Counted from the stretch's first letter, positions 36,955-46,952 are shown. The stretch: DNA of 64,000 nucleotides from an uncultured virus (IMG/VR IMGVR_UViG_3300020577_013366) (IMGVR_UViG_3300020577_013366), one strand, 5' to 3'. Notes: generated by a model not told the origin, from the letters alone. Program-made: numbers and translations.

Positions 36955-38058
36955 TCAGTTAGCGCCCTCCTCCCATTGGGGTTTCGTATAGGCCGTTTCG
37001 GCAGCCAGAGCGAGGTCCAGCGGCTCCGCGACGGAGGCCTGCGGCGCCCGGACCTCGCCGGCGAGGTCGCGGAGCTCCTGGCGCACCACCATCCACCGCT
37101 CGAGCACAGCCTCGGCGTCCTCGACCCTCTGCGGCAGCACCCCGGTGAGCTTGTAGACCTGCCGGCAGGCTGGCGGCGCGACACGGACGACCTCGGGCAA
37201 CTCGGCGAAGTCGATCCACGGCAGCAGCATCCCGGCGAGGCGGTGCCGCATCTCCTCGGGGACCTGCTCGACGGTGACCGCCGTCCAGTCGATCTTGCCC
37301 TTGCTCCCCCGGACGCCCACCAGCACCCGGAGGGCGGCGAGCTGAACGCTGGCATCGATCCAGGGGGCGACGGCGAGCTTTTTCAGCCGGTCGATCTCGT
37401 CGAAGTCCGGCGGCAGGGCGTAGGCGCCGAGGATGTCGGCGCTCCCCGGGGCGACAGCAGCCCCGAGCCGCGCGGCCGCGACCGCCTCGCTGATCGTGGG
37501 CGCGTTGGGGAGGCGGGCCTTCGGGCGGCCTCTCCCGCCGTCCGTGGCCTTCCGCTTGGGCTTTGGCGGGTCGGTCGGATCCGAGGCGCCGGGCGGGGCG
37601 GATCCTTCCGGGGGCTGTCCGGGATCCGATCCAGGATCAGGGGCGTCGCTCTCGGCGAGTTGCTGCCGCAGCCGCGCCGCCTCGGCGATCGCCCGCTTGG
37701 CCTCCCGCCGCCGCCGCCCCTCCTCCCGCAGCTGCGCCTTGGTGCGCCGCTTCGCTGGGGCGGTCCTGACCGTGAATCCGCTGTCCTTGTGCTGGTTGGC
37801 CGGGCCGCCGATGATGCCGAGCTCCTCGAGCATGCGCCGGAGCGAGGCGCGGGAGATCCCCCAGCGCTCGGCCGCCTGCTTGACGCTCTTCACCTCGTTG
37901 GCGGTGACGGCCGCGGCGAGCTCGGCCATGATCCGAGCGCGATCTCCGGCGAGGAGATGTCCGCCAGCGCCCCTGGCAGTGATCGGTTTGGGGGCTGGCG
38001 GACCCTCCGGCTGCACCGGAACCAGTGCATCCGTATTATCGTCTTTTGTGTCGCTCAC
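36955..38058 (-). CDS. HTH DNA-binding protein, possible terminase small subunit
   Basis: SVKQAAERWGISRASLRRML HTH; 'ASVQLAALRVL' helix. Confidence 0.5.
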   Translation of the reverse strand: MSDTKDDNTDALVPVQPEGPPAPKPITARGAGGHLLAGDRARIMAELAAAVTANEVKSVKQAAERWGISRASLRRMLEELGIIGGPANQHKDSGFTVRTAPAKRRTKAQLREEGRRRREAKRAIAEAARLRQQLAESDAPDPGSDPGQPPEGSAPPGASDPTDPPKPKRKATDGGRGRPKARLPNAPTISEAVAAARLGAAVAPGSADILGAYALPPDFDEIDRLKKLAVAPWIDASVQLAALRVLVGVRGSKGKIDWTAVTVEQVPEEMRHRLAGMLLPWIDFAELPEVVRVAPPACRQVYKLTGVLPQRVEDAEAVLERWMVVRQELRDLAGEVRAPQASVAEPLDLALAAETAYTKPQWEEGAN

Positions 38059-38186
38059 TTACAGGATGCAGCGTCGCTCCTGCACCGTGCGAGGTCAAGG
38101 GCGTGGAGGCGGAGGTCGCGGTGTTCGACCTGCATGTTGCGCGAGCAGCGGTTGCGAGGGGTTCTGCGGCGACCCACGGTGCGCCG

Positions 38187-38804
38187 ATGCGAGACAGCGG
38201 AGCATGGCAAGGACCCAGGCCTGCACCAGGCCGGACGCGGGCGATCGTGATCGTGGCGGCGGTGATCACCGCGGTGCTGGTGGGGGCGGCGGCGCCGAGG
38301 GTGTGGCGGCTCTACCACCCGACAATGGACTTCTCGACCACCCAAGAGCACGCGCTGGACCTGTGGGCGCGGCGCCGGGAGCTCGTGTTGTCGTGGCGCG
38401 CGTGCGACGACCGGGCGGCGCAGTTCGACGGGTGGCACCTGTGCCGGATGTCGATCGCGGGGTCGGCACCGGTCGAGATCTGGTGTGCGGGGGACGCGAT
38501 CGGCGGCGTCCATGGGTGCGCGTGGCGGCTCCGCCCCCGGGATCCGCCGCCTGGGTGGTCGCCGTACGGGGCGGCTGGCGAGTCGGCCGAGCTGCGCCAG
38601 GCTCTCGGCGTGGACCCGAAGCACCCCGACACCAGCAAGCAGCCGAGCCCCAAGGGGCCCGGAGGCATCCCCGATCTCTCGCCCGATCCGAACGCGCCGC
38701 CCGAGCAGGGCGGACCGCAGGGTGGTCGGCAGCACGCCACCCCGGGCAACACCGGGGCCGGTCTCCCCCCGAACGACGACGACCTGTCCCGGCGGCCTCG
38801 CTGA
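38187..38804 (+). CDS. Membrane-anchored exported protein (start uncertain)
   Basis: Single N-terminal TM, four Cys, Pro/Gly tail. Confidence 0.5.
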   Translation: MRDSGAWQGPRPAPGRTRAIVIVAAVITAVLVGAAAPRVWRLYHPTMDFSTTQEHALDLWARRRELVLSWRACDDRAAQFDGWHLCRMSIAGSAPVEIWCAGDAIGGVHGCAWRLRPRDPPPGWSPYGAAGESAELRQALGVDPKHPDTSKQPSPKGPGGIPDLSPDPNAPPEQGGPQGGRQHATPGNTGAGLPPNDDDLSRRPR

Positions 38805-38841
38805 CCTCGCCACCTGCTGTGTATCGGCCGGCCCGGTTCGA

Positions 38842-39753
38842 TCACCGGCCGGCCGAACTATTTTCGGCGCCAGCCAGGCGACCAGCCAGCGAGATCACGT
38901 CGTACAGCTCGCCGGGTCGGATGATGCCCTGCTGGATGGCCTTCCTGACGATCTGCGGCGGGACCTCGGTCGCGGCGGAGATCTCGGCGGCGCCGTAGCA
39001 GAACAGCGGGCCCCGGTGTCGGCGCAGGCGCTCCGCGTCCTTGCTCGGCACGATGACCGGCAGGCGCACGAGCGCGGCGTTGCCCGCCACCCCGAGCACG
39101 CTGGGCGGTGGGTGCTCGGCCTCGTAGGCGTCGAGCAGCAGAGCGAGCTGGGCGGCAGTGATCTTCACGTCGCCGCCGGTGGCGACGGCGGCCCGGAAGG
39201 CCGCGATGTTGATGGTCGGCGGGGCGGGGGCGGGCTGTTTCTTCGGGGTCGGCTTGGGCATGAGTGGCTTCTCGGGGTGCGTTCTGCGGGTGATCGTGGC
39301 TCTGAACGGCTCGACCTCGAGCGGGCCGGCCTCGGCGGCGGTGACAGCCTGCTCGGCGATATAGACCACGACGGCGCGCAGGGCCTTGGCCGCCTGCTCG
39401 GCCCGCCGCTGCTCGCGAGCGCGGCCGTCCCGCTCCGCCTGCTCGGCTTCAGCGCGCGCCTGGGCTGCTGCTGTGGTCGCCCTCCTCGTGGAGGCCTCGG
39501 CTTCAGCCCGCTGGCGCTCCAGCTGGCCGGCCAGGTCGCGCGCGGTGGGCTCGTCGAGCAGGGGCCGGCGCTTCGGCGGAGGCTCGGCGGGGTGCCGGCC
39601 CTGCGCAGGGTAGAACGACCCGACCGAGCCGGTCACGAGGTCGAGAGCAGCCCGCTCGTCGAGCACCGCCGGGTCGGCGCCGCCGGAGTACTCGTGCTCG
39701 TCGGCATCGGCGAGGTCCCAGATCGTCCGGTGTCGGTGCGCGCGCCTATCCAC
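38842..39753 (-). CDS. Hypothetical protein with possible C-terminal HTH
   Basis: YGAAEISAATEVPPQIVRKAIQQG. Confidence 0.5.
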   Translation of the reverse strand: MDRRAHRHRTIWDLADADEHEYSGGADPAVLDERAALDLVTGSVGSFYPAQGRHPAEPPPKRRPLLDEPTARDLAGQLERQRAEAEASTRRATTAAAQARAEAEQAERDGRAREQRRAEQAAKALRAVVVYIAEQAVTAAEAGPLEVEPFRATITRRTHPEKPLMPKPTPKKQPAPAPPTINIAAFRAAVATGGDVKITAAQLALLLDAYEAEHPPPSVLGVAGNAALVRLPVIVPSKDAERLRRHRGPLFCYGAAEISAATEVPPQIVRKAIQQGIIRPGELYDVISLAGRLAGAENSSAGR

Positions 39754-40774
39754 GACGACCCCGGTAGGCGGACCAGTGCGGCGCCGGGAGCTCCCGTCCC
39801 GCGGTCGCCAGCTCGGCGGCGGCCTGGACCTGCATCGCGGCGTCGGCGACAACGCAGCCGTGGCAGGGCCTGTCGGCGTGGCACCAGCAGACGAGCAGCG
39901 TCCACGGGGTCAGGCTATGCAGGAGGTCGCGGACCGCCGGAAGGCGCTTGTAGACGCCCCGGAGGTGGCTGCGGTAGCGCTCGAGCAGCACCTGCACGTC
40001 CACGCCATCGGCCTTCTTGAAGGGGTTGGCGAGCAGCGACTCCGGGATGTTGTGGCGGTAGTCGGAGCGGCCGATGTACAGCACGCCGGCGGGAGGGAGC
40101 TGGACCCGGCCGTGGTCGGTGAACAGGTGGGCGGAGACCAGCGGCATGCCAGCGCCGCCGCGGGCGATCCACCGGGCGGCGATCGCCTTGGGCCAGGCGT
40201 AGCTCGGCGGGTCGCCGCCGCAGATGATGCCCTCGGCAGCATCCTCGGCGGCCAGGACGTCCTCGGCGGTCCAGCGCTGGGCGGGGCCGCCCCGGTAGTC
40301 GAGGACCCGGACGATGAGCGGGAAGTCATCGCGGAGCTTGGCGGCGCGGGCGGCCATGTCGGCGGTGCCGGGGCCACCGGGGAACAGGACGATGGCGAGC
40401 GGCTCGCCGACGGTGGTGGCCTCGTCGATAGCAGCGGCCAGCATCTCGGCATTTCGCGCGGGCCCGCCGGCGCGGCCGAGCTCGCTCTTGTAGGGGTGAG
40501 GCCGGACCGGGATGCCCCGGCTCTCGGCCCACGCCCGCGCGCAGATGTCGGCGCCGTCTGCCTCGCCCTCGTAGAGCGCCGTCACCGGCCCGCGATAGCC
40601 CCGGAGGCGCTTGAACTCCTCGGGCGGCAGCTCGCCGCCGTAGAAGTCGCGGTGGTCCTGCAGCACCGCGGCGACGGGCCCGGCGATCGCGCTCTCGATG
40701 TGGATGGCGTCGAGCCGCATCCAGTCGTAGGCGCGCATCGAGTGCTCGCGGCCACCGGCGACGAGCAGGATCAC
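39746..40774 (-). CDS. SLOG (DUF2493/YspA-like) - DUF4326 fusion protein
   Basis: LVAGGR...G.A.GAD..A..WA...AGPARN..M...FPGG.GT.DM; then YIGR...ANPF...LVCWCH...CHG. Confidence 0.8.
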   Translation of the reverse strand: MILLVAGGREHSMRAYDWMRLDAIHIESAIAGPVAAVLQDHRDFYGGELPPEEFKRLRGYRGPVTALYEGEADGADICARAWAESRGIPVRPHPYKSELGRAGGPARNAEMLAAAIDEATTVGEPLAIVLFPGGPGTADMAARAAKLRDDFPLIVRVLDYRGGPAQRWTAEDVLAAEDAAEGIICGGDPPSYAWPKAIAARWIARGGAGMPLVSAHLFTDHGRVQLPPAGVLYIGRSDYRHNIPESLLANPFKKADGVDVQVLLERYRSHLRGVYKRLPAVRDLLHSLTPWTLLVCWCHADRPCHGCVVADAAMQVQAAAELATAGRELPAPHWSAYRGRRG

Positions 40775-41022
40775 GGCGTGGCCTCGCGCATCTTGGGGTC
40801 GAAGGCGATCACCGGGAAGGCGCGCCCGGGGTGCAGCTTCGCCTTGCCCCTGGCGAGATCCTGTATCAGCGCGATGTCGACCTCGCACACGTCGCTCTCG
40901 CCATGGCACTTGACCTCGATGCGGACGCGCTTCTCGAGCGGGAGCTCCGTCCAGGCCACCTCATCGATCTTCAGGCAGCAGACCGCGCACAGCGGTCGCA
41001 GTTCCTCGTGCCAGTCGATCAC
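40771..41022 (-). CDS. Small Zn-binding protein
   Basis: CAVC...CHG; GTGA overlaps. Confidence 0.55.
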   Translation of the reverse strand: MIDWHEELRPLCAVCCLKIDEVAWTELPLEKRVRIEVKCHGESDVCEVDIALIQDLARGKAKLHPGRAFPVIAFDPKMREATP

Positions 41023-41474
41023 GCTGCCCTCCGCGGTTCGACACGCTCGAGCGGGACCCAGCCGTCGCCGAGCGGCGGCATGTCGGCGCGGCGGACCTGC
41101 GGCGCGGGCTGCATCCAGTCGATGCCGGTCGCCGTCACCGCCAGCATGTACCGGAGCGCCTCCGCCCACGGCGCGACGATGCCCTCCGGCGTCAGCTTGC
41201 GAGCGCCCTGCGACGGCGCGTCCTGGCCGGTGACGGCGAGCGCGTCGTGCACGACCACCCAGCTCCCTGGCGCCACCGCGGCGGCGGCAAGGCCTGGGCA
41301 GGAGGCGAGGCGGATGCCGAGCAAGACCTCGGTCCGGTCGCAGTGGCGCACGACCACGCCGCAGGTGTGCAGCGGTTCCGGCGGCGTCACGGCTTGCACC
41401 TTCCGCACACGCACTTCTGCTGACAGGCCGCTGGTCGGTCCTCGTGCCACCGGAAGTACCTGCGCTCGATCCAC
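41019..41474 (-). CDS. Hypothetical protein
   Basis: ORF in operon. Confidence 0.45.
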   Translation of the reverse strand: MDRAQVLPVARGPTSGLSAEVRVRKVQAVTPPEPLHTCGVVVRHCDRTEVLLGIRLASCPGLAAAAVAPGSWVVVHDALAVTGQDAPSQGARKLTPEGIVAPWAEALRYMLAVTATGIDWMQPAPQVRRADMPPLGDGWVPLERVEPRRAA

Positions 41475-41514
41475 GCCACTAGGACGCCGAGCACGGCTGC
41501 TGCTGCGATGCCCA

Positions 41515-42153
41515 TCAGCCCGCCACCCGTGCGCCGACCTTCACCTCCAGCAGCGTCCGGCGCGGGCGGTCGCGTTCGCTCCCAGCCACCCGCCAGGCGG
41601 TCGATGCTTTTGCCGCGGCCACGAGGGCGGCGTCGAGTTGTCGCTCCGTGCTCACGTACAGGAAGCCGAGCGGCTGAACCCCGGCGGTGGCCAAGAACTC
41701 GCTCACCACGTCCAGGTGCGCGGCGGTGATGTTCCGGTCGGCGATGTCGCGCACGATCACCTCCTCCGCGCGGGGGACGTGCAGGCGCTGGGCGAGTTGC
41801 ATGCGGAGGCCCGCCGGTTCCACCTCGGCGCCCCCGAGCAGCCGTGTCGCGTCCACCATCTGCGTGACCACCAGCGAGGTCGGCGCCTCGCTGAAAACGT
41901 CGAGCGAGGCCCGCACCGTGGCGATGTCCTCGATCATCGGCAGCAGGCCGGCATCGCAGCCTTCCTGCCCGAACGGCGCGTCCGGGAACCAGTACGAGGC
42001 GATCCCGCGCAGCCCCGCCGCCGCGTTCATGATCTGGCGCAGCCGGTTCTTGGCGTCGTCATGCGACACCGGGACGTCGGTGTAGATCTCGATGCACGGC
42101 TCCCCCGCGGCGGAGCCGTAGGGGAGCGTGGTCAGGTAGGCCGAGTAGCGCAT
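41515..42153 (-). CDS. Hypothetical protein
   Basis: MRYSAYL start, good codon usage. Confidence 0.55.
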   Translation of the reverse strand: MRYSAYLTTLPYGSAAGEPCIEIYTDVPVSHDDAKNRLRQIMNAAAGLRGIASYWFPDAPFGQEGCDAGLLPMIEDIATVRASLDVFSEAPTSLVVTQMVDATRLLGGAEVEPAGLRMQLAQRLHVPRAEEVIVRDIADRNITAAHLDVVSEFLATAGVQPLGFLYVSTERQLDAALVAAAKASTAWRVAGSERDRPRRTLLEVKVGARVAG

Positions 42154-42304
42154 GGGCGTCACGGTGCGTCGCCGGTGGCAGGGGCGCAAGGGCGGCGCCG
42201 ACCTGTCACCCACGCCAGGGTCGCGCCGATGAGCCGCTGCGGGTCGCCCTCCATGGCCTCCCGGTGCCGGCGGCAGGCGCACACGATTTTTCCTGCCATG
42301 CGCG

Positions 42305-42745
42305 CTACTTTGGCGGCCAGACGCATAGTTCTTTCAACTCCTGGATTCTCTGATCCTGCCCACGCCCTCGCAGCACGACTGCAAAATCATCTGAGTTCTC
42401 ATAACCGTAATCATATCGATCATATGCCAGCTCTAGCAGCCTGCGATAGTATGCGATTATCGCTGGCATCACCGCGGTCATCGGCATCCACTCGGAGACC
42501 AGGTCGTGTACCGATCTCCTGACCACGGCAACCTGTGCGTGCTCCAGCCGCTCACGAGCGTGTTGACGTTGGGCCTCCTGCGGGTCCGTATAGTTATCGC
42601 CTCCGGCACGCCATCGTTTGTCGCGGCACGTCGTGCATGTTGCGTCATCAAAATCGCTCCTCGACGACCACCTGACGGCCTGCGCCTTGGTCTTGCACCA
42701 CGCTGCATTGGTTCCGGGTTTCTTAATATGAATGCGGCTCGTCAT
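42305..42745 (-). CDS. Hypothetical protein in lower-GC segment
   Basis: H...C...CTTC Zn-like motif; AT-rich codons. Confidence 0.55.
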   Translation of the reverse strand: MTSRIHIKKPGTNAAWCKTKAQAVRWSSRSDFDDATCTTCRDKRWRAGGDNYTDPQEAQRQHARERLEHAQVAVVRRSVHDLVSEWMPMTAVMPAIIAYYRRLLELAYDRYDYGYENSDDFAVVLRGRGQDQRIQELKELCVWPPK

Positions 42746-42758
42746 GGCGTGATGCCGG

Positions 42759-43139
42759 TCAGCACGGTGGTCCCTCGTTCAGGCGATCGCGCGCAGCCTC
42801 CTCGGCCGCGAGCTCCCGCAGGTTCACGCTGTAGCGGAGCTCGAACATCGAGCTCCGCCCCTCCTGTTCGCCGTGGTGGCCGGCGCACAGGTAGACGAGC
42901 TCGGTCTTGTCGCTGTTGCAGCCGCCCATGCCTCGGGCGTGGACGACGTGGGCGGCGTGCACCGGGCCCCAGCAGCGCGTCCAGCCGGCGGGCCTCTGCT
43001 TGTACCCGTGGCGGGCCTGGTAGGCCTGGAGCTTGACCGCGATCACGCACCAGACCACCGGCGGCCGCTCGCCGAAGTTGCGCTCGTGCATCTCGGCGCG
43101 GCGCTCGGGGTTCACCGGCTTCATCCACGTGCGCTTCAT
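42759..43139 (-). CDS. HNH-like endonuclease (Ref/YbcO-type)
   Basis: C..PVHAAHV..ARGMGG...D....YLC..HH.E. Confidence 0.7.
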   Translation of the reverse strand: MKRTWMKPVNPERRAEMHERNFGERPPVVWCVIAVKLQAYQARHGYKQRPAGWTRCWGPVHAAHVVHARGMGGCNSDKTELVYLCAGHHGEQEGRSSMFELRYSVNLRELAAEEAARDRLNEGPPC

Positions 43140-43369
43140 GTCTTCTCGCCGATCCGGCGGACGAATGCGGGGGCGCTCTCTGGATTGACCTTGAACGTGA
43201 ACTCGAGCTCGCCGATGTCGGCCCACGGAAGCGGCTCGACGGAGGCCCCGAAGTATTCGCCCACCCGCACGTCGATGGTGCAGTTCGTGAGCGGCGGGAG
43301 CACGCTGCTCACCTCGCCGTCGCGGATGATCTGGATCTTCACGTCCTGTCCGGTGATGCGCTCGACCAT
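43136..43369 (-). CDS. Small hypothetical protein
   Basis: GGAGG RBS. Confidence 0.55.
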   Translation of the reverse strand: MVERITGQDVKIQIIRDGEVSSVLPPLTNCTIDVRVGEYFGASVEPLPWADIGELEFTFKVNPESAPAFVRRIGEKT

Positions 43370-43407
43370 GCTCCCCTCCTGCGGCCACGAGCCGGGCCTG
43401 TCAACCG

Positions 43408-43677
43408 TCAGAACGGCGAATCGCCCAGCGACGCGGGCTCGGAGGCCGGCGCCGAGACGCGCTCAACCTGTTCCTCCGCGCCCTCTAGCAGCCGCGAGGT
43501 GGCAAAATCCCGGACCGCCCGCCACGCCGCGGCGTTGTCGTCGTAGACCGCGCCCGAGATCGCCTTGCTCCGGCTGTGTTCGCCGACGCTCGCCACCGCC
43601 GAGATCGCCACCAGCACCTTGCCGCCCTCGTGGTCGCCCACCTGGAGGACGAGCGACTTGCGGATCTCGGTGCTCAT
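43408..43677 (-). CDS. Small hypothetical protein
   Basis: ATGA overlap. Confidence 0.5.
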   Translation of the reverse strand: MSTEIRKSLVLQVGDHEGGKVLVAISAVASVGEHSRSKAISGAVYDDNAAAWRAVRDFATSRLLEGAEEQVERVSAPASEPASLGDSPF

Positions 43678-43889
43678 ATCAACCTCTTGTGCGCCGTGCA
43701 GAAGTGCACGACGGGCGGCGACATGTCATCGACCACCAGGCGCTGCCAGCCTCGTGCCTCAAACGCGAGCTTCAGATCGGCCATTGTAGCCTTCACCGGC
43801 AGGCTGATAAGCGTCGATTCCGGACATGTCGAGTCGCAGTAGACCATATACACACGCGAGTCGCCTTTTTCTTCAACGAATCGAATCAT
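43674..43889 (-). CDS. Small Zn-binding protein
   Basis: CDSTC...GW...HFCTAH. Confidence 0.55.
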   Translation of the reverse strand: MIRFVEEKGDSRVYMVYCDSTCPESTLISLPVKATMADLKLAFEARGWQRLVVDDMSPPVVHFCTAHKRLI

Positions 43890-44506
43890 GCCGATCTCCG
43901 CGCTCGCGCGACGAACCGGGCCAGCAGCAGCGCGTCGCACTCGTCGCCGGTCAGCTCGACCCCGGGGTAGAGGCGCGAGCAGAGCAGGCGGGCCGCCGCC
44001 TTCGTGTCGGGCCCCATCTTCACCTTCGCCGGCACACCCGCGAGCTCCGGCTGCACCGGCTTCGGCGCCTTGGGCTTGGGTGGCTTGCGGATCTTCGTCG
44101 GCGTCTCCTCGCCGAGCATCTCGGTCACCATCGCCTGCCAGGTCTTGGGGTAGACGATCTCGAAGGGCACCCCGCGGATCTGCGCGATCGTCTCGAAGCG
44201 GATGCGCGCGGCGATGAGCTTCTCCGCGATCGACGGATTCACTCCGATGAACTGGCGCTCGATGCCCAGCAAGATGCCCTCGGCCACGGGGTGCGCGGTT
44301 GTTCCTCCGATCGTCATCGCGCCGATGTCCCGCACCTCCGAGACCACCGCGGCGATCGCTCGGACGTCGGTGCCGTCGATGCAGCGCGCCCAGATCAGAT
44401 CGTCGGCCGGCTTCGACCAGTCGGCAATCCGCCGCGGGTCGATCAGCGCGAGCCCGCAGTTGGAGCCGCCCTTGCGAGCGGCGATGTCTACCCCGAGGAC
44501 CAGCAC
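43886..44506 (-). CDS. RuvC-like Holliday junction resolvase
   Basis: VLGVD, GIERQF, PKTW, DECDALLLA motifs. Confidence 0.8.
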   Translation of the reverse strand: MLVLGVDIAARKGGSNCGLALIDPRRIADWSKPADDLIWARCIDGTDVRAIAAVVSEVRDIGAMTIGGTTAHPVAEGILLGIERQFIGVNPSIAEKLIAARIRFETIAQIRGVPFEIVYPKTWQAMVTEMLGEETPTKIRKPPKPKAPKPVQPELAGVPAKVKMGPDTKAAARLLCSRLYPGVELTGDECDALLLARFVARARRSA

Positions 44507-45757
44507 CTAGAACTCCGCTTCGTCCGGCTCGTCGCCAGGCTGGCGACCCTGCAGCGCCTCGAGCTTGCCGAGCATGGCGCGGGCGAGGTTTCCCTTCTCG
44601 GAGTCGCTCAGGTCCTTCGTCTGTACCCCGACCCCCATCATCGCCTCCACGGCCTCTTTGCCGATGGCGGCCGCATCGAGCCCGGCGGCCAGGACCTGTT
44701 CGACCGCGGCCTTCAGCGCCGCGGTCCCGCTCTGCGCCGGCGGTGCGCTCGGCTGCGAGCCAGGCGCCTGCGCCATGCGCTTCTCGTCCGGCGCGAGCGA
44801 CACCTCCGGGTCATCGGGGATGTCGCTCGTCGGGGCCGGGTTCCCCATCCCGGCGTAGATGTCGGCCTTCGCGGCCCCCGAGGCGGGAGGCGTCGGAGCT
44901 TCGCGGGCAGGCGAGGCGGTAGCGGTCGAGGCCTTCGCCTCCACCGTCGAGTGGCGGGCTGAGGTTGGCTGGCGCGGCTGCGATAGGTCCCGAAGTACAG
45001 CGGTCGGGCCCCCGTTCGTTGCGGCGGCAGGCGCTGGCTGAGTGCCGAGGTCCACCGCGTTGTCCATGATCTCCTCGTATGTCGCCTCCAGGCCCATGAG
45101 TGCGTCGCCGAACGTGTCGCGCCGGTTGAACGTCGCCGCGCGGTGCATGTGCATCCGCGTCGGCCACTTCCCCCACATGCCCTTGCCGAGCAACTCGCCA
45201 CGCTGGGCGTCGAACGAGTCGAACAGCATGCACACCGGGTCGCAGTCCTTGCGGACCATGACCGACCAGCCGCAGAAATAGGAGGGCGGCTCTTTCGGCT
45301 CCCCCTTTGCGTTGGTCTTGCCGATCCTCTCCTCCACGCGCGCGAGCCGGCGCTTCAACTCGCGCTGGAGCTCCGCGAACATCGCGTGTCTGGTCGAGCC
45401 GGGCTTGTACTGGTTCTCCTCGCTGGCGAGGTAGCGCATCTCACCGAGTCCCTCAACGCACCCCTCGATCTCGTCCACGTACGACGCCGCGGCCTTCACG
45501 ATCCCATTCAGGCAGGTGCCGTATGGGTGGGCGATGTTGCCGATCACGTAGAAGCCGGCGAGCGCCTGTTGCGGCAGCAGCCCGTACTCGGCGCCCTTCA
45601 TCATCGCCAGAAACGCGCACTCGACCGACTTGATGGAGGTCGGCACCAGGCCGACCTTGTGCATCGACTCCGCGATTCCCCAGATCGCGTCGGCGTCCTT
45701 CGGGATCGCCAGCGCGCGCATTTGAGACTCGACTCGCACCAGGGCTGTATCACTCAT
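44507..45757 (-). CDS. RecT-like single-strand annealing recombinase
   Basis: G.EYGL.P..AL..FYVI, W.KWP.RM...RA.....RD.F.DAL.GL....EE; next to YqaJ. Confidence 0.75.
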   Translation of the reverse strand: MSDTALVRVESQMRALAIPKDADAIWGIAESMHKVGLVPTSIKSVECAFLAMMKGAEYGLLPQQALAGFYVIGNIAHPYGTCLNGIVKAAASYVDEIEGCVEGLGEMRYLASEENQYKPGSTRHAMFAELQRELKRRLARVEERIGKTNAKGEPKEPPSYFCGWSVMVRKDCDPVCMLFDSFDAQRGELLGKGMWGKWPTRMHMHRAATFNRRDTFGDALMGLEATYEEIMDNAVDLGTQPAPAAATNGGPTAVLRDLSQPRQPTSARHSTVEAKASTATASPAREAPTPPASGAAKADIYAGMGNPAPTSDIPDDPEVSLAPDEKRMAQAPGSQPSAPPAQSGTAALKAAVEQVLAAGLDAAAIGKEAVEAMMGVGVQTKDLSDSEKGNLARAMLGKLEALQGRQPGDEPDEAEF

Positions 45758-46773
45758 CGACTTCTCCTCGGGGCCTCGCTGCGCCGCGCTATCTTCAGCG
45801 GGCGGGCGCGGGCGTTGCTTCTCCACGTGATCGACCAGCCGGGCAGGATCGCCTTGCTGGCCTCGCGCATCTCGTCTTTGATCAGCGCCTCGATCTCGTC
45901 GATGCGCACCTGCGCGGTTTCCTGCTGCAGTTTGAGCACTTCCCGCTCCACCACAAGGGCCTGCCACGAGGCTGCATCTTCGGACAGGTTCACCACCTCC
46001 TCGTCGCGCGAGGCGGGGTAATAGTCGGTCATGTAGGCGTTGTCGAGCGCCACCACCGGCGCCTCCTCGCCCGCCTCATAGGCCCGCCAGAACTCGCGGA
46101 CCTCATCGATCAGGCGGGCCTCGAAGGAGGCGTTGCGCGGCACCGCGTACAAGTGCAGATCCTTCGCGCGGTTCTCGATCAGGCAGGCGATCAGCGCACC
46201 ATCGGCGCCGTCGAGCAGCGCCTGGTAGGCGGCCTGCACCACCGTGTAGGCCGGCGGCCCGTCCGCCCACTCGCGCTCGTGCACGACCTGGTCGAGCGAC
46301 TTGCACTCCACCACCAGCCGCGCCTCGCCGCCCGGCGAGCGCTCGGTCAGCTCCGCCCACCCGGCCGCCTCGGCCGAGGCCCGGGTCTTGGGGTCCGTGA
46401 GCAGCTCGGCCACCTGCACGAGCATCACGTAGTCGCGCGTCGCCCCCATTCGCACGAGCGGGTCGTCCGCGCGGGCGCGCAGGTACGTCGAGCACCTCTG
46501 CGGCTCCCAACCGCAGTCCACCGCGATCGCCTCGGCGACCGCGGGCTCCATGATCTTCCCGCGGCGCATGTCGGCGTTCTGCTCGGGCGGCTCCCCGAAC
46601 GCCTTGCACATCGCGATGCGCCGGCGGGTCGTGTACTTGTGCGCGGCGCGGCCGGTCGCCGGGTCCTCGAAGAGCGCGCCGGCCTCGCTCGCGCACAGGT
46701 CGGCCTGGCGCAGCGCCATCCACTGCGCGCGGTTGCCCCGCTCGATCTCCTCCACGCGCCAGCCGGGGATCAT
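45754..46773 (-). CDS. YqaJ-like recombination exonuclease
   Basis: W..LR...L.ASE, M.RG..ME, ATRD, ECK, P.Y..Q...Q motifs. Confidence 0.85.
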   Translation of the reverse strand: MIPGWRVEEIERGNRAQWMALRQADLCASEAGALFEDPATGRAAHKYTTRRRIAMCKAFGEPPEQNADMRRGKIMEPAVAEAIAVDCGWEPQRCSTYLRARADDPLVRMGATRDYVMLVQVAELLTDPKTRASAEAAGWAELTERSPGGEARLVVECKSLDQVVHEREWADGPPAYTVVQAAYQALLDGADGALIACLIENRAKDLHLYAVPRNASFEARLIDEVREFWRAYEAGEEAPVVALDNAYMTDYYPASRDEEVVNLSEDAASWQALVVEREVLKLQQETAQVRIDEIEALIKDEMREASKAILPGWSITWRSNARARPLKIARRSEAPRRSR

Positions 46774-46952
46774 GGCGCCTCGTTTTCGGCCAGCGCTTTC
46801 GCGGCCTGCACGAGGTTGCGGCGGGCCACGGAGAGTTTCTCGGTGTACTCGCCGAGCACGTCCTCGTGCGCGAAGTTGTCGTACCACGCCTTCGCCCGCC
46901 TCCACTCGGTCACTGCGGACCGCACTCGCTGCACTGACTCGTCCGTGATCAT
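46770..46952 (-). CDS. Small hypothetical protein
   Basis: ATGA overlaps. Confidence 0.5.
   Translation of the reverse strand: MITDESVQRVRSAVTEWRRAKAWYDNFAHEDVLGEYTEKLSVARRNLVQAAKALAENEAP

Noticed and set aside
38854..38864. AACTATTTTC resembling the early promoter element
   Set aside because: Only a partial match, no -35/-10 spacing, and inside a coding end
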